Positions 28,104 through 39,594 of a stretch of 64,000 nucleotides of DNA are shown piece by piece. Source of the stretch: Peptococcaceae bacterium. GTDB lineage: Bacteria; Bacillota; Peptococcia; DRI-13; PHAD01. Each line of letters begins with the position of its first letter. Position 1 is the first letter of the stretch. Both the position numbers and the translations under genes were made by a program. The DNA lies in assembly GCA_040767105.1 (NCBI GenBank), contig JAXGPE010000002.1:5392-69391 (forward strand). Direction: 5' to 3'. The notes under the pieces were generated by a model, which saw only the letters and a list, made by a program, of their open reading frames with translations, was not told the origin of the DNA and searched no databases.

Positions 28104-29551
28104 GATTTTTTCTCCTTTCTTTGATTTTGAGATTCCAAAACAGACTTTCCTAATTCTATTTCTTCCTGAGCAGGAATACCCATCGGATAGCAGCCACTCA
28201 GGCAAGCAGTGCAAAATCCTTTGTCTTTGCCCATAGAAAGGAAAAGTCCCTCCAAACTCAAATAATGCAACGAATCTGCAGCAATATAGTTTCTGACTTC
28301 TTCTACAGTTTTATGCGCGGCGATAAGCTGGCCTCGCTCCGATATGTCAATGCCGTAATAACAAGGATTACAAACCGGAGGAGAGCTGACCAGCATATGG
28401 ACTTCTTTGGCTCCGCGTTTTCGGATCAATTCGACGATTCTTTTGCTGGTGGTTCCTCGAACGATCGAGTCATCCACTACGACCACTTTTTTGCCTTCAA
28501 CTATTCGGGAAATAGGATTCAGTTTTAAACTGACCCCTAATTTGCGTTCACTTTGTTCCGGCTGAATGAAAGTCCGTCCGATATAACGATTTTTCATTAA
28601 CGCCGAATCATAGAGTATTCCAAGTTGTTCTGCATATCCTAAAGCCCCTGCGATCCCGGAATCAGGTACTGCCATTACCAGATCCGCTTCAACAGGATGT
28701 TCCAAGGCAAGCCTTCGGCCCATAGCCCGACGTGCCTGCATCACATTTATCCCGTCTATGTTTGAATCCGGTCGCGCAAAATAAATGTATTCGAAAATAC
28801 AAACGGCCGGATCATTTGGTGTGAAAAACCTCCGGCTTTGCAACCCATTCTTATCCAAAATGACTATTTCGCCTGGAGCTATATCCCTGACGAAATCAGC
28901 GCCGAGTGTATCCAGAGCACAGGATTCTGATGCTATTACATAGTCTCCCTCAAGCTGACCCAAACATAATGGTCTATTGCCGTATGGATCTCTTATTCCG
29001 ATTACCTTATCTTCAGTCATGACCAAAAGTGAGTATGATCCCTGTAAATCGATCATGCATTTCATCAAGGCTTCCTCGATTTTACCCTGACCGTATCTGG
29101 CAATCAAGTTGACAATGACTTCGGAGTCAATTGAGGATTGGAAAACAGAACCATTCTCAGCAAGTTTTTGCCGAAGTTCACGGGCATTAATCAAATTTCC
29201 ATTATGTGCAACAGCCAGGCTTCCTCTCAAGTATTGGCAGACAAGCGGTTGGGCATTTACTGCCAGGCTTGATCCAGTCGTCGAATAACGCACATGACCG
29301 ATTGCGGAATGTCCGGAAAGTTTTTCGAGCACTTGTTCATTAAATACCTCAGAGACCAATCCCATCCCTTTATGCAAAGAAATGCCTGAATCATTGGCTA
29401 CAGCAATTCCGGCACTTTCCTGTCCTCTATGCTGCAGTGAATATAATGCGTAGTACGTCAATAACGAAACATTTTTCTTTGTTGAATAAATCCCGAATAC
29501 TCCACATGCTTCTTCCATCTTATCGGATCCATCTATGAATTCATCAAGCAC
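28085..29551 (-). CDS. purF: amidophosphoribosyltransferase
   Basis: [26 protein letters not shown]. Confidence 0.95.
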   Translation of the reverse strand: MLDEFIDGSDKMEEACGVFGIYSTKKNVSLLTYYALYSLQHRGQESAGIAVANDSGISLHKGMGLVSEVFNEQVLEKLSGHSAIGHVRYSTTGSSLAVNAQPLVCQYLRGSLAVAHNGNLINARELRQKLAENGSVFQSSIDSEVIVNLIARYGQGKIEEALMKCMIDLQGSYSLLVMTEDKVIGIRDPYGNRPLCLGQLEGDYVIASESCALDTLGADFVRDIAPGEIVILDKNGLQSRRFFTPNDPAVCIFEYIYFARPDSNIDGINVMQARRAMGRRLALEHPVEADLVMAVPDSGIAGALGYAEQLGILYDSALMKNRYIGRTFIQPEQSERKLGVSLKLNPISRIVEGKKVVVVDDSIVRGTTSKRIVELIRKRGAKEVHMLVSSPPVCNPCYYGIDISERGQLIAAHKTVEEVRNYIAADSLHYLSLEGLFLSMGKDKGFCTACLSGCYPMGIPAQEEIELGKSVLESQNQRKEKKSCTNQQ

Positions 29552-31737
29552 GATATAGCCTCCCGATATTTATCCTCCATTACAGCAACCTCAAGGCGTA
29601 TCTTCCAACCAGTTCCGGTTATGTTCAATTCCTTTCCTCCAACATTGCCAAGCACTTTATAAGGTAGCCCGGCATTGCTAAGGATATTCAATACTTGGTC
29701 GACTTTTTCTTTCGGAGTACTGACGATTATTCTTGATTGACTTTCTCCGAATAACAGGCTGGCTGCCTTGATGCCTTCTGTGAGTAATATCTCTGCTCCG
29801 ATCCTTCCGGATATACAGCACTCTGATATGGCGACAGCTAGACCACCTTCCGCACAATCGTGAGCGGACGACAATAAACCTCTGTCGATCAAATTCAAAG
29901 TAGTCAAATGCAATAGTTTTTCCTTTTGCAGATCGATCTCCGGTGGCTTCCCAGCCTCCAATCCATGGATACTGCTCAAAAAAACACTGCCGCCAAGCTC
30001 GTCCTTATTTTGACCCAGAAGGATGATTATATCGTCTTCATTTTTAAAATCCATCGTAACTGTTTTCGCAATATCATCGATCAATCCAACCATTCCCACA
30101 ACAGGAGTCGGGAAAACTGCTTCCCCTTTAGTCTCATTATAAAAGCTGACATTTCCTCCGGTAACAGGTGTATCAAGAATATTGCATGCTTCACTCATGC
30201 CTTTTACGGCTTCACGGAATTGCCAAAATATTTCCGGTTTTTCCGGATTGCCAAAATTAAGGCAATCCGTTACAGCTAAAGGTTTAGCACCAGTACATAT
30301 AAGGTTTCTTGCCGCCTCCGCAACTGCGATTTGTCCACCGCGGTAGGGATCAAGATAAACATAACGTGAGTTGCAGTCCGTGGTGCAGGCCAAGCCCTTT
30401 TTTGTGCCTTTGATCCTAAGGACCGCCGCATCCGCAGAACCTGGAGCAACGATAGTATTTATCCCAACCATATAATCATATTGACGGAATACCCATTCCT
30501 TGCTTGCAATAGTTGGTGTTGAAAGTAAAGCCAATAAGGTTTGTCCGCAGTCTTCAATTTCAGGCAGTGTACTCAAATCATGTTGCTGAGCTTTGGCGAG
30601 GTATGCTGGTTCAGTGGCTTCAGGCTCATACATCGGGCATTCTTCCGTAAGAGCCTTTGCAGGTATACGGGCAATAGTCTTATCGCCATCAAGCAAAGTC
30701 ATAAAACCGTCGTCGGTCACCTGACCAACAACAACTGCTTCCAGCCCCCACTTTTCAAATATAGCTTTTACCTCGTTTTCCTTGCCCTTCTTCGCTACCA
30801 CCAACATACGCTCTTGGGATTCGGACAGCATGATCTCATAAGGAGTCATTCCTGTTTCACGACGCGGTATGCGGGCTATATCCATCTCAATGCCTGTTCC
30901 GGCTCTGGAGGCCATTTCACAGGATGAGCTTGTCAATCCAGCTGCACCCATATCCTGCATTCCAACCACATATCCTGTTTTGATCAATTCTAGGCAAGCT
31001 TCCAAAAGCAATTTTTCCATAAAAGGATCGCCGACCTGAACAGCTGGACGTTTCTCCTCTGAAGCTTCGCTTAATTCTTCCGAAGCAAATGTCGCTCCAT
31101 GTATACCGTCCCTGCCTGTACGGGCACCGACGACCATAACAGGGTTCCCCGGCCCTGCAGCCGTACCCTTCGCAATATCTTTCTGTTCGATCAAACCAAC
31201 ACACATAACATTAACCAGGCAATTGTCTTCATAAGAAGGATGGAAATATACCTCGCCGCCTACAGTGGGTATCCCAATGCAGTTTCCGTATCCTGCTATA
31301 CCTGCGACAACGCCATTGAAGAGAAATCTTGATTTCTTGCTCTTGCTTAATGAACCAAAACGTAGAGAATCCAAAAGAGCGATCGGTCGGGCACCCATGG
31401 TAAAAATGTCTCGAATTATGCCGCCAACTCCGGTCGCCGCTCCCTGATAGGGTTCTATCGCCGAAGGGTGATTATGACTTTCTATTTTAAAAACCGCGGC
31501 TTGCCCATCTCCAATATCGATTATCCCGGCATTTTCTCCGGGTCCTTGTAATATTTGCGGACCGCTTGTCGGAAAATTTCTGAGCACATTCTTAGAATTC
31601 TTATAACTGCAATGCTCAGACCACATAACACTGAACATACCTAATTCAACATCATTAGGTTCACGCTCTAGGAGCCTCACGATCATTTCATATTCTTGAT
31701 CTGTCAAGCCAAATTCGCGCCATTGTGCCTCTTTCAT
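29533..31737 (-). CDS. purL: FGAM synthase subunit PurL
   Basis: [24 protein letters not shown]; start at MKEAQW. Confidence 0.95.
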   Translation of the reverse strand: MKEAQWREFGLTDQEYEMIVRLLEREPNDVELGMFSVMWSEHCSYKNSKNVLRNFPTSGPQILQGPGENAGIIDIGDGQAAVFKIESHNHPSAIEPYQGAATGVGGIIRDIFTMGARPIALLDSLRFGSLSKSKKSRFLFNGVVAGIAGYGNCIGIPTVGGEVYFHPSYEDNCLVNVMCVGLIEQKDIAKGTAAGPGNPVMVVGARTGRDGIHGATFASEELSEASEEKRPAVQVGDPFMEKLLLEACLELIKTGYVVGMQDMGAAGLTSSSCEMASRAGTGIEMDIARIPRRETGMTPYEIMLSESQERMLVVAKKGKENEVKAIFEKWGLEAVVVGQVTDDGFMTLLDGDKTIARIPAKALTEECPMYEPEATEPAYLAKAQQHDLSTLPEIEDCGQTLLALLSTPTIASKEWVFRQYDYMVGINTIVAPGSADAAVLRIKGTKKGLACTTDCNSRYVYLDPYRGGQIAVAEAARNLICTGAKPLAVTDCLNFGNPEKPEIFWQFREAVKGMSEACNILDTPVTGGNVSFYNETKGEAVFPTPVVGMVGLIDDIAKTVTMDFKNEDDIIILLGQNKDELGGSVFLSSIHGLEAGKPPEIDLQKEKLLHLTTLNLIDRGLLSSAHDCAEGGLAVAISECCISGRIGAEILLTEGIKAASLLFGESQSRIIVSTPKEKVDQVLNILSNAGLPYKVLGNVGGKELNITGTGWKIRLEVAVMEDKYREAISCLMNS

Positions 31738-32438
31738 CAATTGCCACCTTCCTGCCACCATTTGACCAAAGATTTGAAAACAAATAACCCGTCGGCGTTC
31801 CCCAGGATATCTTCTGCACACCTTTCAGGATGCGGCATCATGCCCATGATATTACCTTTTTCATTTATGATACCGGCGATGTTGTTCTGCGAACCATTTG
31901 GATTGGCAGCGACAGTTGCTGCCCCATGCTCATCACAATATCTGAAAACTATTTGTCCTTTCTCCTCCAGTTTTTCAAGTGTTTCTCTATCGGCAACATA
32001 ACTTCCTTCACCATGAGCAATAGGAACACGCAAGATTTGTTTTTTTGTATAAAGGCAGGTAAATGGGGTATCGTTTCTTTCAACACACAGATAAGTGTCA
32101 TGGCATTGGAACTGAAGACTGGGATTACGGATCAGTGCTCCGGGCAATAGTCCCATCTCAGTAAGCACTTGAAAACCATTGCAGATGCCAAGGATCAGTC
32201 CTCCCTTTTCCCCGAACTCCCTTATACTATCCATCAAAGCAGAAAAGCGGGCAATTGCGCCTGTACGGAGATAATCACCGTATGAAAACCCTCCCGGTAG
32301 AATAAGACAATCTATATCCTTCATTTCGCTTTGGCCATGCCATAAGTATTCTGCCGGTTGTTCGAGGACTTTATCAACTACGTGGAAACAGTCCGCATCA
32401 CAATTAGAACCAGGGAAAACAACAACACCGAATCTCAT
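31737..32438 (-). CDS. purQ: FGAM synthase glutaminase subunit
   Basis: FPGSNCD, GICNGFQ, MPHPER. Confidence 0.95.
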   Translation of the reverse strand: MRFGVVVFPGSNCDADCFHVVDKVLEQPAEYLWHGQSEMKDIDCLILPGGFSYGDYLRTGAIARFSALMDSIREFGEKGGLILGICNGFQVLTEMGLLPGALIRNPSLQFQCHDTYLCVERNDTPFTCLYTKKQILRVPIAHGEGSYVADRETLEKLEEKGQIVFRYCDEHGAATVAANPNGSQNNIAGIINEKGNIMGMMPHPERCAEDILGNADGLFVFKSLVKWWQEGGN

Positions 32439-32689
32439 TTTATTACCTCCGTGATCTCAACTAAATAATCCTCGATGACTGGATTTGCCAGGAGCTTTTT
32501 ACACATCTCCTCAACTTCTTTTTTAATGATTTCGGCGTCGGTACCATTGACCATGACCTCGATATGTTTTCCTACCCTTACATCTTCAACGTTCTGATAT
32601 CCTAAAGATTTTAATGCTTTCAGCACTGCAGTACCTTGAGGATCTAGAATACTTTTTTTGAAATTTACCGTGACAACTGCTTTATACAT
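32435..32689 (-). CDS. purS: FGAM synthase subunit PurS
   Basis: [15 protein letters not shown]. Confidence 0.95.
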   Translation of the reverse strand: MYKAVVTVNFKKSILDPQGTAVLKALKSLGYQNVEDVRVGKHIEVMVNGTDAEIIKKEVEEMCKKLLANPVIEDYLVEITEVIK

Positions 32690-33405
32690 TATTTCATTAC
32701 CCCCTTCAAACGTCTTAAAATCTCCTGATAGGCTTCTTCAACTCCGCCCAGATCGCGGCGGAAACGGTCCTTATCCATTTTCTCCTGTGTTTTTATATCC
32801 CAAAAGCGGCAAGTATCCGGTGAAATCTCATCGCCCAAAAGGATCCCTTTTCTGTAACGTCCGAATTCTAGTTTAAAATCGATCAACTCTATTCCGCGAG
32901 GTACAAGATATTCTCTTAAAATATGATTTATTTCCAGAGCCATTTTTTCTATCTGGGACATTTCGCTCTCACTGGCCAAAGCTATAGACTTGATATGATA
33001 ACTGTTGATCATTGGATCGCCCAAGGCGTCATTCTTATAATAGAATTCCAGCACCGGAGAATCAAGCCTTGTTCCCTCCTCCTGGCCGATACGCTTTGCC
33101 AAAGAACCTGCCACAATGTTGCGCACAACAACTTCGACCGGAATTATTTCAAGGGGACGAACAAGCATACCACGATCTCCATCCATGGCAACAAAATGGT
33201 TGGATACTCCTTTAGTTTGTAGCAATTCAAAAAACATGGTCGAGATCTGGTTATTCAGACAACCTTTGTCCTTGATCTGCCCTTTCTTTAAACCATTGAA
33301 TGCTGTGGCATCATCCTTGAAATAGACATAATAGACATTGGGATCGTCAGTTTTATAAACCTTTTTGGCCTTGCCTTCATAAATGAGTTCCCCACGTTTT
33401 ACCAT
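32689..33405 (-). CDS. purC: SAICAR synthase
   Basis: [25 protein letters not shown]. Confidence 0.95.
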   Translation of the reverse strand: MVKRGELIYEGKAKKVYKTDDPNVYYVYFKDDATAFNGLKKGQIKDKGCLNNQISTMFFELLQTKGVSNHFVAMDGDRGMLVRPLEIIPVEVVVRNIVAGSLAKRIGQEEGTRLDSPVLEFYYKNDALGDPMINSYHIKSIALASESEMSQIEKMALEINHILREYLVPRGIELIDFKLEFGRYRKGILLGDEISPDTCRFWDIKTQEKMDKDRFRRDLGGVEEAYQEILRRLKGVMK

Positions 33406-33418
33406 CTCGTCATCTCCC

Positions 33419-34735
33419 TCAATTCCGGTTTGATCCAATTTTCAAAATACCGGCTCTTTCAAAAATATAATCAATATTCTTCATGTGATATGAGTAATCA
33501 AAGAGTATTTCGACTTTTTCCGGAGAAAGAAGCTCCATTATTTCAACGTCTTCAAGGATCAATTCTTTTAACGGCTTTTTCTCGTCCCAGGATCTCATGG
33601 CGTTGCGCTGTGTATAATAGTAAGCTTTTTCTCTTGATAGGCCCGCATCGATCATCGCCAGCATGATCTGCTGGGAAAAAATCAAGCCCAAGGTTTTTTC
33701 CATATTACTGAGCATTTGCTTTGTATTTACTTTTAATCCTTTCAATACCTTTGCAGTTTGGTCCAAAATATAATCCAAGGCAATAGTGCTATCAGGAATA
33801 ATGACCCTTTCAACAGAAGAATGACTAATATCTCGCTCATGCCAAAGAGCAACATTCTCCATTGCCGGGATACAATTGCCCCGTATCAGTCTTGCTAAAC
33901 CAGATATCCTTTCGCACATCACCGGGTTTCTTTTATGAGGCATAGCCGAAGATCCTTTTTGACCTTCGGCGAATGGCTCTTCAACTTCAAGAACCTCGGT
34001 GCGCTGCAAATGCCGTACCTCTGTCGCGATCTTATCCAGGGAGCTCGCGATCACTGCCAGTACTGCCATATAATGAGCATGACGGTCACTCTGGATTATC
34101 TGAGTTGATACCAAGGCCGGCTTCAATTCCAAACGAGCACAAACACTCTCCTCTACACCCGGCGGCACATTAGCGAAGGTACCAACTGCACCCGATATCT
34201 TGCCCACAGCTATTGTATCGATCGCTTCTTTCATTCTAAGGATGTTGCGTTCATTCTCAGTATACCATAAGGCCAATTTTAAACCGAAGGTGACGGGTTC
34301 GGCGTGTACGCCATGCGAGCGCCCCATCATTAAAGCATCCTTATAAATCGCGGCTTTTTGCTTTAATATTGCTCCAAGCTCATCCATCTTTCTAACAATG
34401 ATTTCTCCGGCCTGTTTCATTTGAACAGAAAGCGCTGTATCCAGAACATCCGAAGAAGTCATCCCCATATGGATATATTTTGCATCCTCACCGACATATT
34501 CACCAACATTTGTTAGAAATGCGATCACATCGTGCCTTGTTACCTCTTCAATTTCTTTGATCCTTCCAAGATCAAAGTTAGCCTTTTGCCGGATGTTATT
34601 TGCTGCTGTAGCCGGGATCAATCCTAATTCAGCCATCGCTTCCGAAGCAAGGATTTCAATCTTCAGGATCACCTGCCAGCGATTCTCTTCCGTCCATATT
34701 CTGCCAATTTCTTCTAAAGTATAGCGTTCGATCAT
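33419..34735 (-). CDS. purB: adenylosuccinate lyase
   Basis: [27 protein letters not shown]. Confidence 0.95.
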   Translation of the reverse strand: MIERYTLEEIGRIWTEENRWQVILKIEILASEAMAELGLIPATAANNIRQKANFDLGRIKEIEEVTRHDVIAFLTNVGEYVGEDAKYIHMGMTSSDVLDTALSVQMKQAGEIIVRKMDELGAILKQKAAIYKDALMMGRSHGVHAEPVTFGLKLALWYTENERNILRMKEAIDTIAVGKISGAVGTFANVPPGVEESVCARLELKPALVSTQIIQSDRHAHYMAVLAVIASSLDKIATEVRHLQRTEVLEVEEPFAEGQKGSSAMPHKRNPVMCERISGLARLIRGNCIPAMENVALWHERDISHSSVERVIIPDSTIALDYILDQTAKVLKGLKVNTKQMLSNMEKTLGLIFSQQIMLAMIDAGLSREKAYYYTQRNAMRSWDEKKPLKELILEDVEIMELLSPEKVEILFDYSYHMKNIDYIFERAGILKIGSNRN

Positions 34736-34758
34736 AGCTTTCCTCCTGTGCTAAACAT

Positions 34759-35259
34759 CTATTGCTCTTCCTTATCAAGATGCTGTATTTTTTTGTTTTT
34801 TTCCTGGACCTCAGCCGCAAGTTTCTTTTTATATTCAACTATTTTGATCCGTAGTTCTTCATTTCCCGTGCTTAAAATCTGAACTGCCAATAATGCAGCA
34901 TTTTTCGCACCATCTATTGCTACGGCTGCGACAGGAATACCTGAAGGCATCTGTACGATAGCATAAAGAGCATCCTTGCCAGCAAGACTTGTGGCATTGA
35001 TCGGAACACCTATTACAGGCAATGGTGTAACTGCAGCCAAGACCCCAGGCAAATGAGCAGCGGCTCCAGCTCCGGCAATAATGACATCGATACCTCTTTC
35101 GGCCGCCTGCTTGGCTAACCCTAAAGCCAGGTCCGGCGTTCGGTGCGCTGAAGCAACATTGATCTCATATCCGATATCAAACTCGCGTAAAGTTTGAGCA
35201 GCCTTCTTCATAATCGGCCAATCCGAATCACTGCCCATCACGATCAGCACCTTTTTCAT
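34759..35259 (-). CDS. purE: (N5-)carboxyaminoimidazole ribonucleotide mutase/carboxylase
   Basis: MGSDSD, SAHRTP, AAHLPG, QMPSGIPVA. Confidence 0.95.
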   Translation of the reverse strand: MKKVLIVMGSDSDWPIMKKAAQTLREFDIGYEINVASAHRTPDLALGLAKQAAERGIDVIIAGAGAAAHLPGVLAAVTPLPVIGVPINATSLAGKDALYAIVQMPSGIPVAAVAIDGAKNAALLAVQILSTGNEELRIKIVEYKKKLAAEVQEKNKKIQHLDKEEQ

Positions 35260-35380
35260 TTTTGCTTCACCCTCCATATCATTTGTTTAACTTTTGCTTG
35301 TATACAAACAAAGGGCGAGACTTGTCTTATTGTTCCAGCCAAGGCCCACCCGATTAGTTCCAGCACGAACTTACAACTTA

Positions 35381-35443
35381 ATATTAATTATTAATAGGCC
35401 TTATGTCAAGTAAAAAACGAACATTTAAGAAATGTTCGTTTTT
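35381..35443 (-). promoter_or_regulatory. pur operon promoter with adjacent PurBox-like inverted repeat
   Basis: TTGACA-N17-TAATAT on minus; 14-bp IR AAAAACGAACATTT/AAATGTTCGTTTTT (35413-35443). Confidence 0.65.
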
Positions 35444-35462
35444 ATCATTCGTCTATTCGTCT

Positions 35463-36035
35463 TTATTGCTTGTATCCGAATTCAAAAGCACACAGGTTTT
35501 CATCGAGGGCTTTTTCGGGTACTTTATCTTTTAGTGAAGCTATCCAGCTTTCTTTGGCAAAATCCAATCTGCGAGCCAATACACCCATCATCACTATATT
35601 GGAAACTTTCGGGTTGCCGCATCTTTCCGCAGCAGCGAGAGCATCAATATCAAATATTTTTCCGGTCTTTTCCTGCAACGCCGCTACTATTCCCTGCGGA
35701 TAAACTGCTTTGCCCAGTATTACAGGTATCGGTTCAATGATTTGTGTACTGATAAGCATTTCTCCATCCGGTTTGAGATATTCTGCCCAGCGCAAAGCTT
35801 CCAGCTGTTCGAAGGCTAAAATGATATCCGCCTCACCCTTTTCCACCAAAGGTGAATTGATTTGACGACCCATTTTCACGTGCGTTACCACGCTTCCTCC
35901 ACGCTGTGCCATCCCGTGTATCTCTGACATTTTTACATCAAGTCCGCTTTGCAAAGCTACGTCAGCCAGCATCTTGCTTGCCAGGATAGTTCCTTGTCCG
36001 CCCACACCAACCAATAATATATTGAGGTCATTCAT
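35463..36035 (-). CDS. iorB: indolepyruvate:ferredoxin oxidoreductase beta subunit
   Basis: GVGGQGTIL, SEIHGMAQRGGSV. Confidence 0.92.
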   Translation of the reverse strand: MNDLNILLVGVGGQGTILASKMLADVALQSGLDVKMSEIHGMAQRGGSVVTHVKMGRQINSPLVEKGEADIILAFEQLEALRWAEYLKPDGEMLISTQIIEPIPVILGKAVYPQGIVAALQEKTGKIFDIDALAAAERCGNPKVSNIVMMGVLARRLDFAKESWIASLKDKVPEKALDENLCAFEFGYKQ

Positions 36036-37788
36036 TTTTTCCACTCGCTTTCCTGATTGCATCAAACCTGCAGATTTGAGTGCAGACATTACATCCAGAG
36101 CACAGCGCTCCATTCAAACTCACTTTCCCCTCGCGCAAAGCGATAGCAGGGCAGCCAATCGTCATACACTGTTTACAGTTTGTGCATTTTTCCGGATCTA
36201 TGCTGGCACTTTTTCCTGTGAATTTTTTTAGCAAAGCACATGGCTGCTTGGCAATAATTACCGACAACTCGGGAGCAGCAAGCTCTTTCTTTACAATATC
36301 TTCAAAATTCTTAAGTTCAAACGGATCCGCCTCTACGACCCTCCTGATCCCAAGAGAATTTACTAAAGCACCAATATTTATTTGTTTCGTGCTCTCCTGC
36401 ATCAGAGTAAATCCGGTCGCCGGGTGATGCTGATGCCCCGTCATTGCGGTAGTGCTGTTATCAAGGATCAATACAGTGCCTTTCGATTTGTTATAGACCA
36501 TATCGATCAGTCCTGTTATCCCGCTATGGAAAAATGTCGAGTCCCCAATTACAGCAACAAGTTTTCCTGCTAAATCAGGATCAGCTTTCTCCATGCCCAG
36601 CGCACCGCTAATGCTTGCTCCCATGCAAATCGTCGTGTCTATTGCTTCGAGCGGCGGCAAACTGCCCAGTGTATAACACCCGATATCTCCCGAAACTGTG
36701 AGCTTAAGTTTTTTCAATACGTGAAAAACCGCTCGATGAGGACAACCCGGGCAGAGTACAGGAGGACGCGGCGGAGCGACAGGCAACTCCGAAATATCAG
36801 CAATTTTTTGTGGTTCATATTGATATTTCATACTCATACTTATTCTTTCTCGTACTAGCGCTGCATTCAATTCTCCTATACGCGGGAAAATCTTTTTCCC
36901 CTCCACTTTGATACCCAGAGCGCATATTTCTTCTTCCCAAAAAGGTTCAAGCTCTTCAACCACAAAAATCTTTTTTATTTTTTTGGCAAACTCCCGAAGC
37001 TTGTTCTCCGGCAGCGGATATGTCAGACCAAGTTTGAATATGCTCGCCTGGGGAAAAGCTTCTTTTACGTATTGATAACATATTCCGCCGGTGATTATCC
37101 CCAATTCCTGGTCCTTATATTCTATTTTATTCAAATCAGTCTGATCGGCCCAAATCTTAAGCTCCTCCATCCTTTTTTCAACGATGATATGCCGTTGACG
37201 GCCATTTGCCGGGACCATTACATATTTAGGAGCATTCTTTACATATGGTCTTTTTGTTTGCTCAGCGGGCTCAGACAAGTCAACCATGCTTTGCGAATGG
37301 GCGATACGTGTCGTAAGGCGAAGCATCACCGGCGTATCAAATTTTTCGCTCATTGTATAAGCTGCCGCCGTGTATTCTTTTGCTTCCTGACTATCACTTG
37401 GTTCCAGCATGGGTATTTTAACAAATTTGCTGTAACGACGGTTATCCTGTTCATTTTGAGAACTATGCATCCCCGGGTCGTCGGCAGAAATAAAAACGAA
37501 TCCTCCGTTCACGCCGGTATATGCAAATGTGAATAGCGGATCAGCCGCTACATTCACTCCGACATGTTTCATTGTGGCTAATGCTCTGGCTCCGGCAATG
37601 CTGGCTCCGGCAGCTACTTCAAAAGCGACCTTTTCATTTGGTGACCATTGCGAATAAATTCTAGAGTATTGAACGATGCTCTCTAAAATCTCGGTGCTTG
37701 GTGTGCCTGGATATCCGGCAGCAACCGCTACTCCGGCTTCATATGCTCCCCTGGCTATAGCTTCGTTGCCTGTAAGCAGTGCTTTCAT
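36028..37788 (-). CDS. iorA: indolepyruvate:ferredoxin oxidoreductase alpha subunit
   Basis: GNEAIARG, LCPGCPHR, GDSTFFHSG, C-terminal 2[4Fe-4S]. Confidence 0.92.
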   Translation of the reverse strand: MKALLTGNEAIARGAYEAGVAVAAGYPGTPSTEILESIVQYSRIYSQWSPNEKVAFEVAAGASIAGARALATMKHVGVNVAADPLFTFAYTGVNGGFVFISADDPGMHSSQNEQDNRRYSKFVKIPMLEPSDSQEAKEYTAAAYTMSEKFDTPVMLRLTTRIAHSQSMVDLSEPAEQTKRPYVKNAPKYVMVPANGRQRHIIVEKRMEELKIWADQTDLNKIEYKDQELGIITGGICYQYVKEAFPQASIFKLGLTYPLPENKLREFAKKIKKIFVVEELEPFWEEEICALGIKVEGKKIFPRIGELNAALVRERISMSMKYQYEPQKIADISELPVAPPRPPVLCPGCPHRAVFHVLKKLKLTVSGDIGCYTLGSLPPLEAIDTTICMGASISGALGMEKADPDLAGKLVAVIGDSTFFHSGITGLIDMVYNKSKGTVLILDNSTTAMTGHQHHPATGFTLMQESTKQINIGALVNSLGIRRVVEADPFELKNFEDIVKKELAAPELSVIIAKQPCALLKKFTGKSASIDPEKCTNCKQCMTIGCPAIALREGKVSLNGALCSGCNVCTQICRFDAIRKASGKNE

Positions 37789-37921
37789 CAAATAATGTAC
37801 CACCTTTCTGTCCTGACTTAGCAGTTGAAGATCCGATAAAACAGTCATAAAATGATGATCTCTGTCATTTCACGCTTATACTGACACATTTTTTGCCTGA
37901 ACGATCATAATATACTATTAA

Positions 37922-39220
37922 TTAAAGTTCTCTTCTATCGATCACTCTTTTTGATTTTCCTGTTGTTCGCTCTATTGATCCCGGTGCAACAAGGGTTATT
38001 TTAGCATCGAGCCCAAGAACCTTTTGGAGACCTTTGTGTATTTTTTCTTCTATCCGCACCATGTCACGATAATTATCGCTGAACCATTCCGGACGGATCT
38101 CTACATTTATTTCAAGCTGATCAAGGTGGTTTCTTCGGCTGACAATAATTTGGTAATGAGGTGTTATTCCTTCGATATCAAATAATACCGACTCTACTTG
38201 TGAAGGAAATACATTGACGCCTCTGATTATCAGCATGTCATCAGTGCGGCCTTTTGTTTTTGCCATCCTGGCTGTTGTACGTCCACAAGCACAAGGCCGC
38301 AGATCAAGTCTGGTAATATCCCTCGTCCGGTAACGAATAACTGGAATGGCCTCTTTCGTCAAAGTCGTAATGACCATTTCGCCCTCAAGACCCTCAGCAA
38401 GCTGTTCGCCTGTCTCCGGATCGATTATTTCGACCAGAAGGTGGTCTTCGTTTATATGCATTCCTGGCTCAACACCGCATTCTCCAGCAACTCCTGGCCC
38501 CATAACCTCAGTCAGTCCATAATTATCTGTCGCCTTTATCGGCCATTGTTTTTCTATCTCGCGTTTCATGTTCTCGGTGCATGACTCCCCGCCGAATAAG
38601 CCAACACGCAAAGACAAGGATCCGAGATCTATCCCCAGCTCTTTGGCGACTTCGGCCATGTATAAAGCGTAACTCGGCGTGGATACCAAGGCCGTTGTTT
38701 TAAAATCGCGCATAAGCATCAATTGTTTTTCCGTGTTTCCGGAAGAAGCCGGCACAACGGTGGCTTTAACTCTCTCCATTCCGTAATGTAAACCGAAACC
38801 ACCGGTAAAAAACCCATACCCAAAACAAATCTGCGCAACGTCTTCATTTGTTACCCCAGCCATGGTAATGACCCGTGCGACCATATCCGTCCAATTTCTT
38901 AGATCGTTCTCTGTATAGCCGACAACTATCGGTTTTCCCGTGGTTCCTGATGAAGCGTGGATACGTACGACATCCTTCAATGGGACAGCAAACAATCCAT
39001 AAGGATAATTATCCCTCAAGGATGATTTTGTAGTAAAAGGCAAGCGGGAAATATCTTTCAAGCTCCTTATATCCTCGGGCTTCACACCCGCAGCATCAAA
39101 TGCCTGACGATAGTAGGGCACCTTATTGTAAACCCGATTTAAAGTTATTTTCAACCTATCCAGCTGTAATTTTTGTAGTTCGCCTCTGCTCAGACATTCG
39201 CCCTGCTTGTCCCAAATCAT
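37922..39220 (-). CDS. paaK: phenylacetate--CoA ligase family
   Basis: IHASSGTTGKP, YGLTEVMGPGV, RYRTRD, GRTDDMLIIRGVN. Confidence 0.9.
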   Translation of the reverse strand: MIWDKQGECLSRGELQKLQLDRLKITLNRVYNKVPYYRQAFDAAGVKPEDIRSLKDISRLPFTTKSSLRDNYPYGLFAVPLKDVVRIHASSGTTGKPIVVGYTENDLRNWTDMVARVITMAGVTNEDVAQICFGYGFFTGGFGLHYGMERVKATVVPASSGNTEKQLMLMRDFKTTALVSTPSYALYMAEVAKELGIDLGSLSLRVGLFGGESCTENMKREIEKQWPIKATDNYGLTEVMGPGVAGECGVEPGMHINEDHLLVEIIDPETGEQLAEGLEGEMVITTLTKEAIPVIRYRTRDITRLDLRPCACGRTTARMAKTKGRTDDMLIIRGVNVFPSQVESVLFDIEGITPHYQIIVSRRNHLDQLEINVEIRPEWFSDNYRDMVRIEEKIHKGLQKVLGLDAKITLVAPGSIERTTGKSKRVIDRREL

Positions 39221-39340
39221 CGTTTTCACTCCATCCAGTGTCTTTTTTCCCTTATATGACATATATAAACAAGAAATCCCCCGGAAGACAAAAAGCCACC
39301 ATGATCATTGCAAGTTTTCAAGAATCTTCAGCTCACGAAT

Positions 39341-39415
39341 TCATCTTGATAAACAATGCTGGCAGGCATTTTTTCCGAGGCAACGATAAAGATATGTTCG
39401 AACATATTCTGCCAT
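39341..39415 (-). CDS. candidate 24-aa leader peptide MAEYVRTYLYRCLGKNACQHCLSR
   Basis: Mini-ORF with GGAGA upstream inside the paaK leader; too short for the ORF track. Confidence 0.3.
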   Translation of the reverse strand: MAEYVRTYLYRCLGKNACQHCLSR

Positions 39416-39487
39416 GCTTCCGTTCTCCATATGTGAGTTATTTAGATCATCTTTGATTGTCCAGCACAAGCTTCCCAGCCAGATAAT

Positions 39488-39517
39488 ATTTTATCATAAC
39501 GATCCGACCAGGGGCAA
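39488..39517 (-). promoter_or_regulatory. putative extended -10 promoter upstream of paaK
   Basis: TTGCCC-N18-TAAAAT with TG extension. Confidence 0.5.
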
Positions 39518-39594
39518 GTTATCATGGTGTTTTTAGCATTTTTTTGGCTATTCAAATATTTTTGATGTAGAATATATACAATAATTCATACAGG

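Noticed and set aside
39392..39407. Palindrome ATATGTTCGAACATAT as a LexA box
   Set aside because: Half-site order and spacing do not match CGAAC-N4-GTTCG.
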